Shown here piece after piece: positions 1-12,028 of a DNA stretch of 63,854 nt. The notes under the pieces were generated by a model. That model did no database searches, was not told where the DNA came from, and saw only the letters and a list, made by a program, of their open reading frames with translations. The position numbers and the translations under genes were made by a program. The first letter of the stretch is position 1. Every line of letters begins with the position of its first letter. The stretch lies in the NCBI GenBank assembly GCA_030390025.1, contig JASTWF010000048.1, positions 147 through 64,000 on the forward strand, in the 5' to 3' direction. Source of the stretch: Squalus acanthias (lineage: Eukaryota).

Positions 1-89
1 TACTCACGGACCCTGTGTTTCCTGTCTCCACAGGGTCAGCAGAGGGCGCTCTAGGACTATGCAACACTACTGTTGCTGAAACAAGATTT

Positions 90-420
90 AATCGGAACAG
101 GAGGAGGCCATTCAGCCCCTCGAGCCTGTTACACAGGAACAGGAGGAGGCCATTCAGCCCCAGGAGCCTGTTACACAGGAACAGGAGGAGGCCATTCAGC
201 CCCTCGAGCCTGTTACACAGGAACAGGAGGAGACCATTCAGCCTCTCGAGCCTGTTACACAGGATCAGGAGGAGGCCATTCAGCCCCTCGAGCCTGTTAC
301 ACAGGAACAGGAGGAGGCCATTCAGCCCCTCGAGCCTGTTACCATAGGAACAGGAGGCGGCCATTCAGCCCCTCGAGCCTGTTACACAGGAACAGGAGGA
401 GGCCATTTAGCCCCTCGAGC
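90..420. repeat. 42-bp minisatellite ACACAGGAACAGGAGGAGGCCATTCAGCCCCTCGAGCCTGTT
   Basis: Tandem units; source of the RNRRRPFSPSSLLH / QEQEEAIQPLEPVT ORFs. Confidence 0.92.
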
Positions 421-754
421 CGTCCTATCCGATCAAAGCTCATTTGTACCTCAGTCGCATTTGAGACTGTTCTGGATTCGCCCACCAGAGGAAATAATTT
501 CTCTGTATCGTCCCTATCGGATCATTTTAATATTTGAAACACCTCATTCAGTTCACCCCTCAATCTCCAAACCTCAAGTGGATGCAAGCCAAGTTGTTAT
601 GCAACCTGTCCTCAGCAATTAGCGCGCTAAGCCCCCAATATCGCTTCAGTGAATCTGCGCTGCACCCCCTCCAAGGCCAATATATCCTCCCTGAGTTGCG
701 GTGCCCAGGACTGAACGCATTTGCTCCAGATGGAGTCTGACCAGGGCTCGGTGC

Positions 755-1210
755 AACTTTTTTGTTTATTCGTTCACAGGATGTGGGCGTTTCTGGCAAG
801 GCCGTCATTTTAGCCCATCCTCCAATTGTGATGGTGACATGCCTTCTTGAACCGCTGCCGTCCGTGTGGTGAAGATAGTCCCACAGTGCTGATTCTGTTG
901 TCGTGGGTTGGTACAACTGAGTTGCTTTTTGGGTCAGAAGGCAGTTAAGAGTCAACCACAATTTCTGTGGGTCACATATAGACCAGACTGGGTAAGGACG
1001 GCAGATTTCCTTCACCTAAAGGACATTCGTGAACCAGTGGGGTTTTGTACAACAATCCGGTCGCCATTACTGAGACCAGATTTATCTAATTAACTGAATT
1101 TAAATTCCCCAGCTGCCAGTGCTGGGATTTGAACTCACGTCTACTGACATCATTAACCCAGACCTCTGGATTACTTGTCCAGTAACATAACCACTATGCT
1201 ACCGTACCCC
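755..1210 (-). mobile_element. tRNA-derived SINE (related pieces 12810-12935, 22570-22695, and 61068-61370 on +)
   Basis: Head GGTAGCATAGTGGTT (A box) ... GAGTTCAAATCC (B box). Confidence 0.65.
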
Positions 1211-1332
1211 ATAAATTGATACATCACTTCCACCCCTTTGTATTCCAGCGCACTTGAGATACATGACAACATTCCATTAGCCTTATCAATTATTTTTGTA
1301 ACTATTTTTAGTGCTTTGAGTGCATGGATCCC

Positions 1333-1914
1333 TGTTGTTGAAAAATGAATTCACTCGAGACTGTCTCAAAGCAGAAGATCACAGATTATTTAACAGAGAG
1401 CCCAGGGAGAAGAGTCATAGACCCCGCGATCTAGTGATTCACTTCTCGACCTTACAGTGATATCGGAACTTCTTTTATACATTATAGGGCCGGATACGTA
1501 ATTCATTACATACAAATGTCTTCCCCCAATCACGTTCCCCCAGCAACAGACTTCTAATTATAAACTGCACTTTTAAGCTATACAAAAAAAATGTTACTTC
1601 CCTATCGAAACTATAAACATCGAAATGTGGTGTCAGCTTTGTCAAATCGGACTGGCTGGTCATGCGGTGATTGGTTCTCAAGTGTAACCGTTGTTACTAT
1701 TATTATCTTGGTGGGCCTTGCATGTACACATGTTGACCACAGACATTACTCATCGCACTGTGTCAGCGAAACCATTCTGTCTATACGAATTTACCTCAAC
1801 TTTTACATTGTTGCTTTAACTTTTACATTCTTTAACTTTTACATTGTTGCTTTAACTTTTACATTCTTTAACTTTTACATTGTTGCTTTAAGCCCTATAA
1901 TTTTTACTCTAACA
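1333..1914. mobile_element. Solo LTR (582 bp) with 5-bp TSD
   Basis: TGTT...AACA flanked by ATCCC (1328-1332, 1915-1919); uninterrupted empty site in paralogue near 13040. Confidence 0.75.
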
Positions 1915-2083
1915 ATCCCTAAATCCCGTTGCTCCTCCATAGTTCCTGGTATCTCACCTTTTAGAAAATACTCTGCTCTAATTTTCTTCGGTCCAAAGTT
2001 GATGACCTCGCACTTGACCCCGTTAAACGCGCTCTGCCCACTCTCTGAATCTGTCTATGCGCCCATTGGAACTCCCTATTCCC

Positions 2084-3340
2084 ATTCAATTGAATTTTTT
2101 GATGAAGTGACAGGGAGGATTGATGAAGGCAATGCAATGGATGTTGTCTACCTGGATTTTCGGAAGGCGTTTGACAAAGTGCCACGTAGAAGGCTGGTTA
2201 ACAAAATTGAGGCTCATGGAATAGGTGGGTCAGTGGCAGCTTGGATAAGGAATTGGCTTAAGGACAGAAAACGGCGAGTTGTGGTAAATGGCTGTTTTTC
2301 AGACTGGAGGATGATAGACAGTGGTGTTCCCCAAGGGTCAGTGCTGGGGCCACTGCTTTTTTTGATATATATATAAATGACCTGGATATTGGAATACAGA
2401 GAAGGATTTCTAAATTTGCCGATGACACCAAATTGGGGGTGTGGCAAACAGTGAGGATAATACCAATCGACTGCAACAGGACATAGAAAGGCTAGCAGAA
2501 TGGGCAGACAAGTGGCAGATGGAATTTAATACAGAGAAGTGTGAGGTGATACATTTTGGCAGAAGGAACAGGGAGCGGCAATATACACTTAATGGCACAG
2601 TGTTAAAGAATGTGCAGGGACAGAGGGACATGGGAGTTAATGTGCATAGGCCCCTGAAGGTGGCGGGACATATTGAGAGAGTGGTTAGCAAAACATATGG
2701 GATCTTGGGCTTCATAAATAGAGTTATTGAGTACAAAAGTAGTGAAATTATGCTGAACCTTTATAAAGCGCTGGTTAGGCCATAACTGGAGTATTGCCTC
2801 CAGTTCGGGTCACCACACTTTAGGAAGGATGTGAAGGCCCTTGAGAGGGTGCAGAGGAGATTTATCAGAATGGTTCCGGGGATGGGGGATCTTAGCTACA
2901 AGGACAGGTTGGAGAAGCTGGATTTGATTTCATTAGAGCAAAGGAGGTTGAGGGGTGATTTGATAGAGGTGTACAAGATTATGACGGGTTTGGATAGGCT
3001 AGACGGGGAAAGGCTGTTCCCACTAGTTGATGGTACAAGGACTAGGGGACACAGATTTAAGGTTTTGGGCGAGAGATACAGGGAGGATGTGAGGAGAAAC
3101 TTTTTTACGCAGCGAATGGTGAGGACCTGGAACTCGCTGCCGATGGAAGTGGTGGAAGCGGAGACACTCAATGTTTTCAAGGGGAGATTGGATAGGCACT
3201 TGAGGGAAAATAAACTTGCAGGGCTACGGGGATAGAGCGGGGGGGAATGGGACTGACTGGATTGCTCTACAGAGAGCCAGCACGGACTCGATGGGCCGAA
3301 TGGCCTCCTCCTGTGCCGTTATGACTCTCTGATTCTATGA
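2084..3340 (+). mobile_element. 5'-truncated CR1-type LINE (RT C-terminal half and 3' tail)
   Basis: YLDFRKAFDKV, GVPQGSVLGPLLF, KFADDTK, LERVQRRF, RTRGH, WNSLP motifs; tail GGGCCGAATGGCCTCCTCCTG..GATTCTATGA. Confidence 0.93.
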
Positions 3341-3573
3341 TCTGCTCTATTCAATGTCAATAAGTGAGGGAGGGGCGGGGCTGTTAATCAGAGAGGGAGG
3401 GGCTTTGTCTGTCAATCAGAGAGGGAGGGGCGGGGCTGTCCAACCCTGCATCACCACCTCATGCTCAGCATGTTTTCGTCAATGATTTGTAAAAGAGCGG
3501 GTTGGATCCTCACAAGACACAACTCTCCTGTTCTCGCTCCTTTCATTATTAAGAGAAAAGCTTCCAGTAAAAG

Positions 3574-4017
3574 ATGTATCTGTTACTGGGACTAATTATC
3601 TTGTTTCACAGTAAGGGGGATTATTTCCAGCAATAATTCTTTTTTAATATCCTTTCTTTCATTCATTCTCCCATTCCCCATAATGCCCCTGTTTGCTGAC
3701 CTGCTCCTGTCTCTTTCCCAGACGTGAAGTCGCAGACTATCCGCCAGACTCCCGCCGCTGTCTCCAGATTTCCCGGGGAGGGTGTGGAACTGAATTGCGA
3801 TGTGAAGGGCAGCAGCAACCCTCGCATGTTCTGGTACAGACAATACCCGGGGAAGGAGCCGCTGCTGATGTTTCTCTCCCCAATTGCACAAAGTGTGACT
3901 CCAGAGGGGACGGTGGACGGTTTTACCGCCGAGCGACCGAATGGCAACGAGTTCAACCTGAAGTCCTCCAGCCTGCAGGCGAATCACTCGGCCGTGTATT
4001 ACTGCGCCTGGAGTCTT
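3574..4017 (+). CDS. TRBV: TCR beta V segment, family A (TRBV30-like), intact (V1)
   Basis: Leader 3574-3610 (MYLLLGLIILFH, phase-1 GTAAG); V exon 3722-4017 SQTIRQ..C..WYRQ..YYCAWSL; RSS CACAGTG(4018)-23 bp-ACAAAAACT(4048-4056). Confidence 0.93.
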
Positions 4018-4652
4018 CACAGTGACTCAGAGAGATGGAGGAGCTGAACAAAAACTCCAAAGGCGGCAGGAGACACCTGCTTAAGATAAAACCGCGCACA
4101 GCTGTTGGGTTTATTTTGCAGAGCGAATGTGTTTTTGACAACAAGAAGAGACGGGTTAGAATAAAAGTGAGAGATTAGATATAGAGGCACTGGAGAAGGT
4201 ACAAAGAAATATTAACAAGTATGACACCAGAATTGAGAGTTTCTGGCTATCAGGAAATAATGAACAGGCTCGGGCTGTTTTGTCTAGAAATGTGAAGGCT
4301 GAGGGGTGACCTGACAGAGGTCTTTAAAGATGATCAATGGATTTGATAGGTTAGGCGTAGAGAGGAAAGATATAAAGAAAGGAAGATTGAAAGAACAAAA
4401 GAATGAAAGATAGGAAGAAAGAGGGAAATAAATAAATGAAGAAGGAAAGAAAGATATAATGTAAGAACGAAATAAAGTAAAAAGAAAGGATGGAAGCAGG
4501 GAAGAAAAAAGAGAAGGAAAGAAAGATAGAGAAAAGAAAAAGATAGAAAGACAGAACGATAGTAAAAAAAGATAGAACGCAATGTAAAAAGATGGAAAGT
4601 AATTAAAAGTACTTTTTTTATACACTGACATTGTGCTTTCTTTCTCCACAGG

Positions 4653-4668
4653 GACAGTAGAGGGCGCT
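4653..4668 (+). promoter_or_regulatory. CTCF-type motif downstream of V unit (one of ~16 paralogous sites)
   Basis: GACAGTAGAGGGCGCT; paralogues at 35, 7367, 9975, 12677, 14840, 24704, 27007, 32465, 34334, 37155, 39493, 45842, 48068, 55318, 57498. Confidence 0.7.
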
Positions 4669-4711
4669 CTAGACCATGAAACACACCAGTGCCCGGAACA
4701 TTGTTCAATCG

Positions 4712-5200
4712 GAACACAGGAACAGGAGGAGGCCATTCAGCCCCACGGGCCTCTAACACAGGAACAGGAGGAGGCCATTCAGCCCCTCGAGCCTGTTACA
4801 CAGGAACAGGAGGAGGTCATTCAGCCCCACGAGCCTCTTACACAGGAACAGGAGGGGCCATTTAGCCCTTCGAGCCTGTTACACAGTAACAGGAGGAGGC
4901 CATTCAGCCCCACGAGCCTGTTACACAGGAACAGCAGGAGGCCATTCAGCCCCTGGAGCCTGTTACACAGGATCAGGAGGAGGCCATTCAGCCCCACGAG
5001 CCTGTTACACAGGAACAGGAGGAGGCCATTCAGCCCCTCGAGCCTGTTACACAGGGACAGGAGGAGGCCGTTCAGCCCCTCGAGCCTCTTACACGGGAAC
5101 TGGAGGAGGCCATTCAGCCCCACGAGCCTGTTACACAGCACCGGCAGGAGGCCATTCAGCCCCACGAGCCTGTTACACAGGGACAGCAGGAGGCCATTCA
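4712..5200. repeat. 42-bp minisatellite array (paralogues 7426-7960, 10032-10440, 24762-25210, 27105-27410, 32522-32635)
   Basis: Same unit, always just 3' of the CTCF-type motif. Confidence 0.92.
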
Positions 5201-5818
5201 TCCACTTGCGTCAGCTCTGCCTTTTAATCTGTGTTTCAGCCTCATTAACCCGCCTTTACTGCATATCCCTTGATATCCTAACCCAACATGAATCGATCCA
5301 ACTCAGCCTTGAGAGCTACAATTGTCCCCCAGCAACCGCAGCCTTTTGGGGGCGCTAGTTCCATATTTCAAAAGGGAATTGGATAAATACTCGAAGGAGC
5401 CAAACTGAAGGGATATGGGGAAAGAGCGGGGGAGTGGGACTAACTGGATTGTTCTTCGAAAAAGCCAGCGCAGACTCGATGGGCCGAATGACCTCCTTCT
5501 GAGCTACACTATTCTTTGATTCTATAAGTTTTTTTCAAAATTCATAATTTATCAACAGCCGGACTTTATTTGCAATATTGAGGGTCATTAAGGATACCTT
5601 GGAAATTATTCCTTCTTCCAGTTAGCTCTATATCCTGGCCAGTCATGTTCCCGCTCAGCGAGTGTTATCTCTGATGTGGGACGGGTTCACTGTAGTCTGA
5701 ATACTGTGGGGCCGTTTGCAGGTTCCCCAGTCAGGGGCGAGTCTTTGTGTCATCCTGATCGTCATAGGCCCAACCATGCAATAGAACAGATGTACAGCCC
5801 GGTGTGACCCGGATATTG

Positions 5819-6220
5819 TAGCCCCTCCCCGGTAGCCCCTCCCCATCTAGCCCACCCCTGCAATACCGCCCGTCCCCTGTAGCCCCTCCCCTGTAGCCCC
5901 TCCCCCTGTAACCCCGCCCCTCCCCTGTAACTCCTCCCGGTAGCCCCGCCCCTACATGTAGCCCCTCCCCCTGTAACCCCGCCCCTCCCCTGTAGCCCCA
6001 CCCCCAGTAACCCTGCCCCTCCCCTGTAGCCCCACCCCCAGTAGCCCCGCCCCTTCCCTGTAGCCCCTCCCCCTGTAACTCCGCCGCTCCCCCAGTAGAC
6101 CCTCCTCCCTGTAGCCCCTCTTCTTGTAGCCCCTCCTCCTTGTAGCCCCTCCCCCAGTATCCTCGCCCCTCCCCATATAGCCCCTCCTCCAAGTAGCCCC
6201 GCCCCCCAGTAGCCCCGCCC
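5819..6220. repeat. C-rich/G-rich minisatellite (TAGCCCC..), start of NECAP intron 1; shorter copy 8576-8830
   Basis: Repeated gtagcccc(t/g)cccc(t) units; G-runs on minus strand. Confidence 0.85.
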
Positions 6221-6226
6221 CCTCAC

Positions 6227-6350
6227 CGGTAGCCGCGGTTGGAAGCCCGGGGCGGGATGCGGTAAACGTTCACCTCCTGCTTCACACAGAGAACCGCCTA
6301 GTAGCCGGCCCGGCACCGGCCTCCGCCTCTCGCTCCGCCGCCGCCGCCAT
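6227..6350 (-). pseudogene. NECAP1: Inactivated exon 1 of NECAP1-like gene (copy 1)
   Basis: Minus strand ATG GCG GCG.. then, after a 1-nt frame slip, [26 protein letters not shown] followed by GTGAG donor; recalled human NECAP1 N-terminus is [26 protein letters not shown]. Confidence 0.88.
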
Positions 6351-6830
6351 TGTTCCCCTTTTCCGCGCGTCGCTCCTGGCAACCGACACTTCCGGCGTCG
6401 AAACGTCACTTCCCCGTCACGTGTCCGGCCTGACGCGTCTACCCTGTCCTGCGGGGGGGCTGAATTTAATCATCCAACTCTCCCGGCGCCGGATCCGCCC
6501 AATTACCATAATTATTTTGTTTTGGAAATCCGCGTTTCGTTTTTTTAATTTAAAAATTGGCGCAGGCGCACTGGCGCCCAAACGCCGCCTGGCCGTGACG
6601 TTATTTCAAATTGTCCATGTTAGCCAGATTGCCATTTTTTTTATTTTTTTTATTTTTGCTCCTCATGAAAGAAACAAATCGGTGGAGAAGCTTTTATTTG
6701 CAGGGAAACAATTAAATGGGGGAAGAGGGGAGAATTGGGTGCGCAAGCGCGGCGGTCGGCGTGCGCCGCCATGTTTGATAAAGGCGCAGCCCGGGCCGCA
6801 CTGCCGGACCGGCCATCTTTGAGATTGGCA
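6351..6830 (-). promoter_or_regulatory. CpG-island housekeeping promoter of the NECAP1-like exon (second copy ~8960-9438)
   Basis: CpG-rich; RFX-like CCTGGCAACC (6375), ETS CACTTCCGG (6387), ETS-CRE ACGTCACTTCC (6403), E-box GTCACGTG (6416), several YY1-like CGCCAT/GCCATCTT. Confidence 0.75.
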
Positions 6831-8835
6831 CGAACATGTTTTTGACCAGAAGAATATACGGGTTCGAATAAAAGTGAGAGATTAGATATAGAGGCACTGG
6901 AGAAGGTGCAAAGAAGGATTAGCAAAGGATAATGCCAGAATTGATAAGTTTAAAATATCAGGAGATTCGAAAACAGGCTGGTGCTCTTTTCTCTAGAAAA
7001 GAGAAGGCTGAGGGGTGACCTGACAGAGGTCTTAAAAGATTATCAATGGGTTTGATAGGTTAGACGTAGGGAAGAAAGATAGAAAGAAAGGAAGATAGAA
7101 AGTATAAAAGTAAGAAAGATAGGAAGAAAGAGGGAAATAGATAAAGGAAGAAGGAAAGAAAGGAAGATATAATGAAAGAACGAAATAAAGAAAAAAGAAA
7201 GGAAGGAAGCAGGGAATAACGAAGAGAAGGAAAGAAATATAGAGAAAAGAAAGAAAGGTAGAACGGCCGAACGATAGTAAAGAAAAATAGAAAGAAATAT
7301 TTAAGAAGGAAAGTAATTAAAAGTACTTTTTTTATACACTGACATTGTGCTTTCTTTCTCCACAGGGACAGTAGAGGGCGCTCTAGACCATGAAACACAC
7401 CAGTGCCCGGAACATGGTTCAATCGGATCACAGGAACTGTCGGAGGCCATTCAGCCCCACGAGCCTGTTACACAGGAACAAGAGGAGGCCTTTCAGCCCC
7501 ACTAGCCTCTTACACAGGAACAGGAGGAGGCCATTTAGCCCCACGAGCCTGTTACACAGGAACAGGAGGAGTCCATTCAGACGCCTCGAGCCTGTTACAC
7601 AGGAACAGGAGGAGACCATTCAGCCCCTCGAGCCTGTTACACAGGAACAGGAGGAGGCCATTCAGCCCCACGAGCCTGTTACACAGGAACAGCAGGAGGC
7701 CATTCAGCCCCTGGAGCCTGTTACACAGGATCAGGAGGAGGCCATTCAGCCCCACGAGCCTGTTACACAGGAACAGGAGGAGGCCATTCAGCCCCTCGAG
7801 CCTGTTACACAGGGACAGGAGGAGGCCGTTCAGCCCCTCGAGCCTCTTACACGGGAACTGGAGGAGGCCATTCAGCCCCACGAGCCTGTTACACAGCACC
7901 GGCAGGAGGCCATTCAGCCCCACGAGCCTGTTACACAGGGACAGCAGGAGGCCATTCATCCACTTGCGTCAGCTCTGCCTTTTAATCTGTGTTTCAGCCT
8001 CATTAACCCGCCTTTACTGCATATCCCTTGATATCCTAACCCAACATGAATCGATCCAACTCAGCCTTGAGAGCTACAATTGTCCCCCAGCAACCGCAGC
8101 CTTTTGGGGGCGCTAGTTCCATATTTCAAAAGGGAATTGGATAAATACTCGAAGGAGCCAAACTGAAGGGATATGGGGAAAGAGCGGGGGAGTGGGATTA
8201 ACTGGATTGTTCTTCGAAAAAGCCAGCGCAGACTCGATGGGCCGAATGACCTCCTTCTGAGCTACACTATTCTTTGATTCTATAAGTTTTTTTCAAAATT
8301 CATAATTTATCAACAGCCGGACTTTATTTGCAATATTGAGGGTCATTAAGGATACCTTGGAAATTATTCCTTCTTCCATTTAGCTCTATATCCTGGCCAC
8401 TCATGTTCCCGCTCAGCGAGTGTTATCTCTGATGTGGGACGGGTTCACTGAAGTCTGAATACTGTGGGGCCGTTTGCAGGTTCCCCAGTCAGGGGCGAGT
8501 CTTTGTGTCATCCTGATCGTCATAAGCCCAACCATGCAATAGAACAGATGTACAGCCTGGTGTGACCCGGATATTGTAGCCCCTCCCCGGTAGCCCCTCC
8601 CCATCTAGCCCACCCCTGCAACACCGCCCGTCCCCTGTAGCCCCTCCCCTGTAGCCCCTCCCCCTGTAACCCCACCCCTCCCCTGTAACTCCTCCCGGTA
8701 GCCCCGCCCCTACCTGTAGCCCCTCCCCCTGTAACCCCGCCCCTCCCCTGTAGCCCCACCCCCAGTAACCCTGCCCCTCCCCTGTAGCCCCACCCCCAGT
8801 AGCCCCGCCCTTTCCCTGTAGCCCCGCCCCCTCAC

Positions 8836-8959
8836 CGGTAGCCGCGGTTGGAAGCCCGGGGCGGGATGCGGTAAACGTTCACCTCCTGCTTCACACAGAG
8901 AACCGCCTAGTAGCCGGCCCGGCACCGGCCTCCGCCTCTCGCTCCGCCGCCGCCGCCAT
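8836..8959 (-). pseudogene. NECAP1: Inactivated exon 1 of NECAP1-like gene (copy 2)
   Basis: Same 124-bp exon with the same TAG and frame slip. Confidence 0.88.
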
Positions 8960-11478
8960 TGTTCCCCTTTTCCGCGCGTCGCTCCTGGCAACCGACACTT
9001 CCGGCGTCGAAACGTCACTTCCCCGTCACGTGTCCGGCCTGACGCGTCTACCCTGTCGTGCGGGGGGGGGCTGAATTTAATCATCCAACTCTCCCGGCGG
9101 CGGATCCGCCCAATTACCATAATTCTTTTGTTTTGGAAATCCGCGTTTCGTTTTTTTAATTTAAAAATTGGCGCTGGCGCACTGGCGCCCAAACGCCGCC
9201 TGGCCGTGACGTTATTTCAAATTGTCCATGTTAGCCAGATTGCCATTTTTTTATTTTTTTTATGTTTGCTCCTCATGAAAGAAACAAATCGGTGGAGAAG
9301 CTTTTATTTGCAGGGAAACAATTAAATGGGGGAAGAGGGGAGAATTGGGTGCGCAAGCGCGGCGGTCGGCGTGCGCCGCCATGTTTCATAAAGGCGCAGC
9401 CCGCCGCACTGCGTGACCGGCCATCTTTGAGATTGGCACGAACATGTTTTTGACCAGAAGAAAATACGGGTTCGAATAAAAGTGAGAGATTAGATATAGA
9501 GGCACTGGAGAAGGTGCAAAAAAGGATTAGCAAAGGATAATGCCAGAATTGAAAAGTTTAAAATATCAGGAGATTCGAAAACAGGCTGGTGCTCTTTTCT
9601 CTAGAAAAGAGAAGGCTGAGGGGTGACCTGACAGAGGTCTTTAAAGATTATCAATGGGTTTGATAGGTTAGACGTAGGGAATAAAGATAGAAAGAAAGGA
9701 AGATAGAAAGTATAAAAGTAAGAAAGATAGGAAGAAAGAGGGAAATAAATAAAGGAAGAAGGAAAGAAAGGAAGAAATAATGAAAGAACGAAATAAAGGA
9801 AAAAGAAAGGAAGGAAGCAGGGAAGAAAGAAGAGAAGGAATGAAAGATAGATAAAAGAAAGAAAGGTAGAACGGCAGAACGATAGTAAAGAAAAATAAAA
9901 CGAAATATAGAAAGAAGGAAAGTAATTAAAAGTACTTTTTTATACACTGACATCGTGCTTTCTTTCTCCACAGGGACAGTAGAGGGCGCTCCAGATCATG
10001 AAACACACCAAAGCCCGGAACATGGTTCAATCGGAACACAGGAACAGGAGGAGGCCATTCAGCCCAACGAGCCTCTTACACAGGAACAGGAGGAGGCCAT
10101 TCAGCCCCGCGAGCCTGTTACACAGGAACAGGAGGAGGCCTTTCAGCCCCTCGAGCCTGTTACACTGGAACAGCAGGAGGCCATTCAGCCCCTCGAGTCT
10201 GTTATACAGGAACAGGAGGAGGCCATTCAGCCCCTCGAGCCTGTTACACAGGAACAGGAGGAGGCCATTCAGCCCCGCGAGCCTGTTACACAGGAACAGG
10301 AGGAGGCCATTCAGCCCCCTCGAGCCTGTTACACAGGAACAGGAGGAGACCATTCAGCCCCTCGAGCCTGTTACACAGGAACAGGAGGAGACCATTCAGC
10401 CCCCTCGAGTCTCTTACAGAGGATCGGGGGGAGACCATTCATCGACCTGCGTCAGCTCTGCCTTTTAATCTGAAATTCAACCTCATTAACTCGCCTTTGC
10501 TGCATATCCCTTGATATCCTAACCCAACATGAATCGATCCAACTCAGCCTTGCGAGCTACAATTGTCGCCTTGCATCGGTAGCCTTTTGGGGGCGGGAGT
10601 TCCAGATTTCAAAAGGGAATTGGATAAATACTCGAAGGAGCAAAACTGCAGGGATATCGGGAAAGAGCGGTGGAGTGGCACTAACTGGATTGTTCTTCGA
10701 AAGAGCCAGCGCAGACTCGATGGGCCGAATGACCTCTTTCTGTGCTACACTATTCTGTGATTCTCTTATTTTTTTCAAAATACATATTTTCTCAACAGCC
10801 GGACTTTATTGGGAATAATGACTGTCATTAAGAACACCTAGGAAATTATTTCCTCTTCCATTTAGCTCTATATCCCTAGCCAATCACGTTCCAGCTCAGC
10901 GAGTGTTATCTCTGATGTGGGACGGGTTCATTGCAGTCTGAATACAGTGGGGCCGTTTGCAAGTTCCCCAGTCAAGGGCGAGTCTTTGAGTCCTCCCGAT
11001 CATCATAGGCCCAACAATGCAATAGAACAGATGAACAGCCCGATGTGACCCGGATATTATTGCACCGACTGCCTCACGTTATCAAAAGCGCTTACTGTGG
11101 ACCAGTGTTGTCCATGTGTTAGCCACTAGTCGCATGTGGCTAATTGGGAATCAAGGTATGGCTAATTGTGAATCTACATGTGGCTAATCGGGAATCCAGA
11201 CGTGGATAATTTCATTTCTGATGAGCAAACAATAAACGAGCGATAGACGCCGTTGTTGGGAATGTTAACGGCATAAGGTCCAGTCAGTCATTGGTAATTA
11301 GCATGCACATCGATTCTGATCGGTTCGCTCGAGGAAGGGGCGTGTCCAACCCTGCATCACCTCCTCACGGTGCTCAGGGTTTCTTCAATGATTTTTAAAG
11401 AGCGGGTTGGCTCCTCACAAGACTCCACGCTCCTGTTCTCGCTCTTTGAATTATTTAGAGAGACGCTTCAAGTAAAAG

Positions 11479-12028
11479 ATGTATCTGTTACTGAGTCTGA
11501 TTTTCTTGTGTCACCGTAAGGGACTTTTTCAAAAATTAATTCTTGTTAATAAAATTCCTTTCTTTCTCTCTTTCTTTCTGTCTTTGTTTCTTCATGTATT
11601 TTTTTCTTCCGTTTTTCTTTGTTTCTCTCTTTCTCACTATCTCACTTTCTTTCTTGCTCTCTTTCTCCCTTTCTTCCTCCCATTCCCCAGAATGTCCCAA
11701 TTTACTGACCTCCTCCTCTGTCTCTTTTCCAGACGTGAACTCGCAGACTATCCGCCAGACTCCCGCCGCTGTCTCAAGATTTCCCGGGGATGAAGTGGAA
11801 CTGAAGTGCGATGCGGAGGGGGACAGTAGCGATCGCATGTTCTGGTACAGACAGGACCCGGGGAAGGAGCCGCAGTCCATGTTTCACTCCTTGGGTACCA
11901 ATATTGTGGATCCAAAGGGGACGGTGGACGGTTTTAAAGCCGAGCGACCGAATGACAACGAGTTCAACCTGAAGTCCTCCAGCCTGCAGGCGAATCACTC
12001 GGCCGTGTATTACTGCGCCTGGAGTCTG
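11479..12028 (+). CDS. TRBV: TCR beta V segment, family A, intact (V2)
   Basis: Leader 11479-11515; V exon 11733-12028 open to YYCAWSL; RSS CACAGTG(12029)-23-ACAAAAACC(12059-12067). Confidence 0.93.

Noticed and set aside
15-537. Long Arg-rich or Glu/Gln-rich ORFs (also 7390-8116, 16449-17318, 24727-25245)
   Set aside because: By-products of a stop-free 42-bp minisatellite; frames slip between copies
10870-11300. Recurrent intergenic block upstream of family A promoters, including a hAT-like end (CAGTGTTGTCC..TAGCCACTAG..ATGTGGCTA)
   Set aside because: Similarity is explained by unit duplication; no ORF or function can be supported and the transposon identity is only a weak recollection
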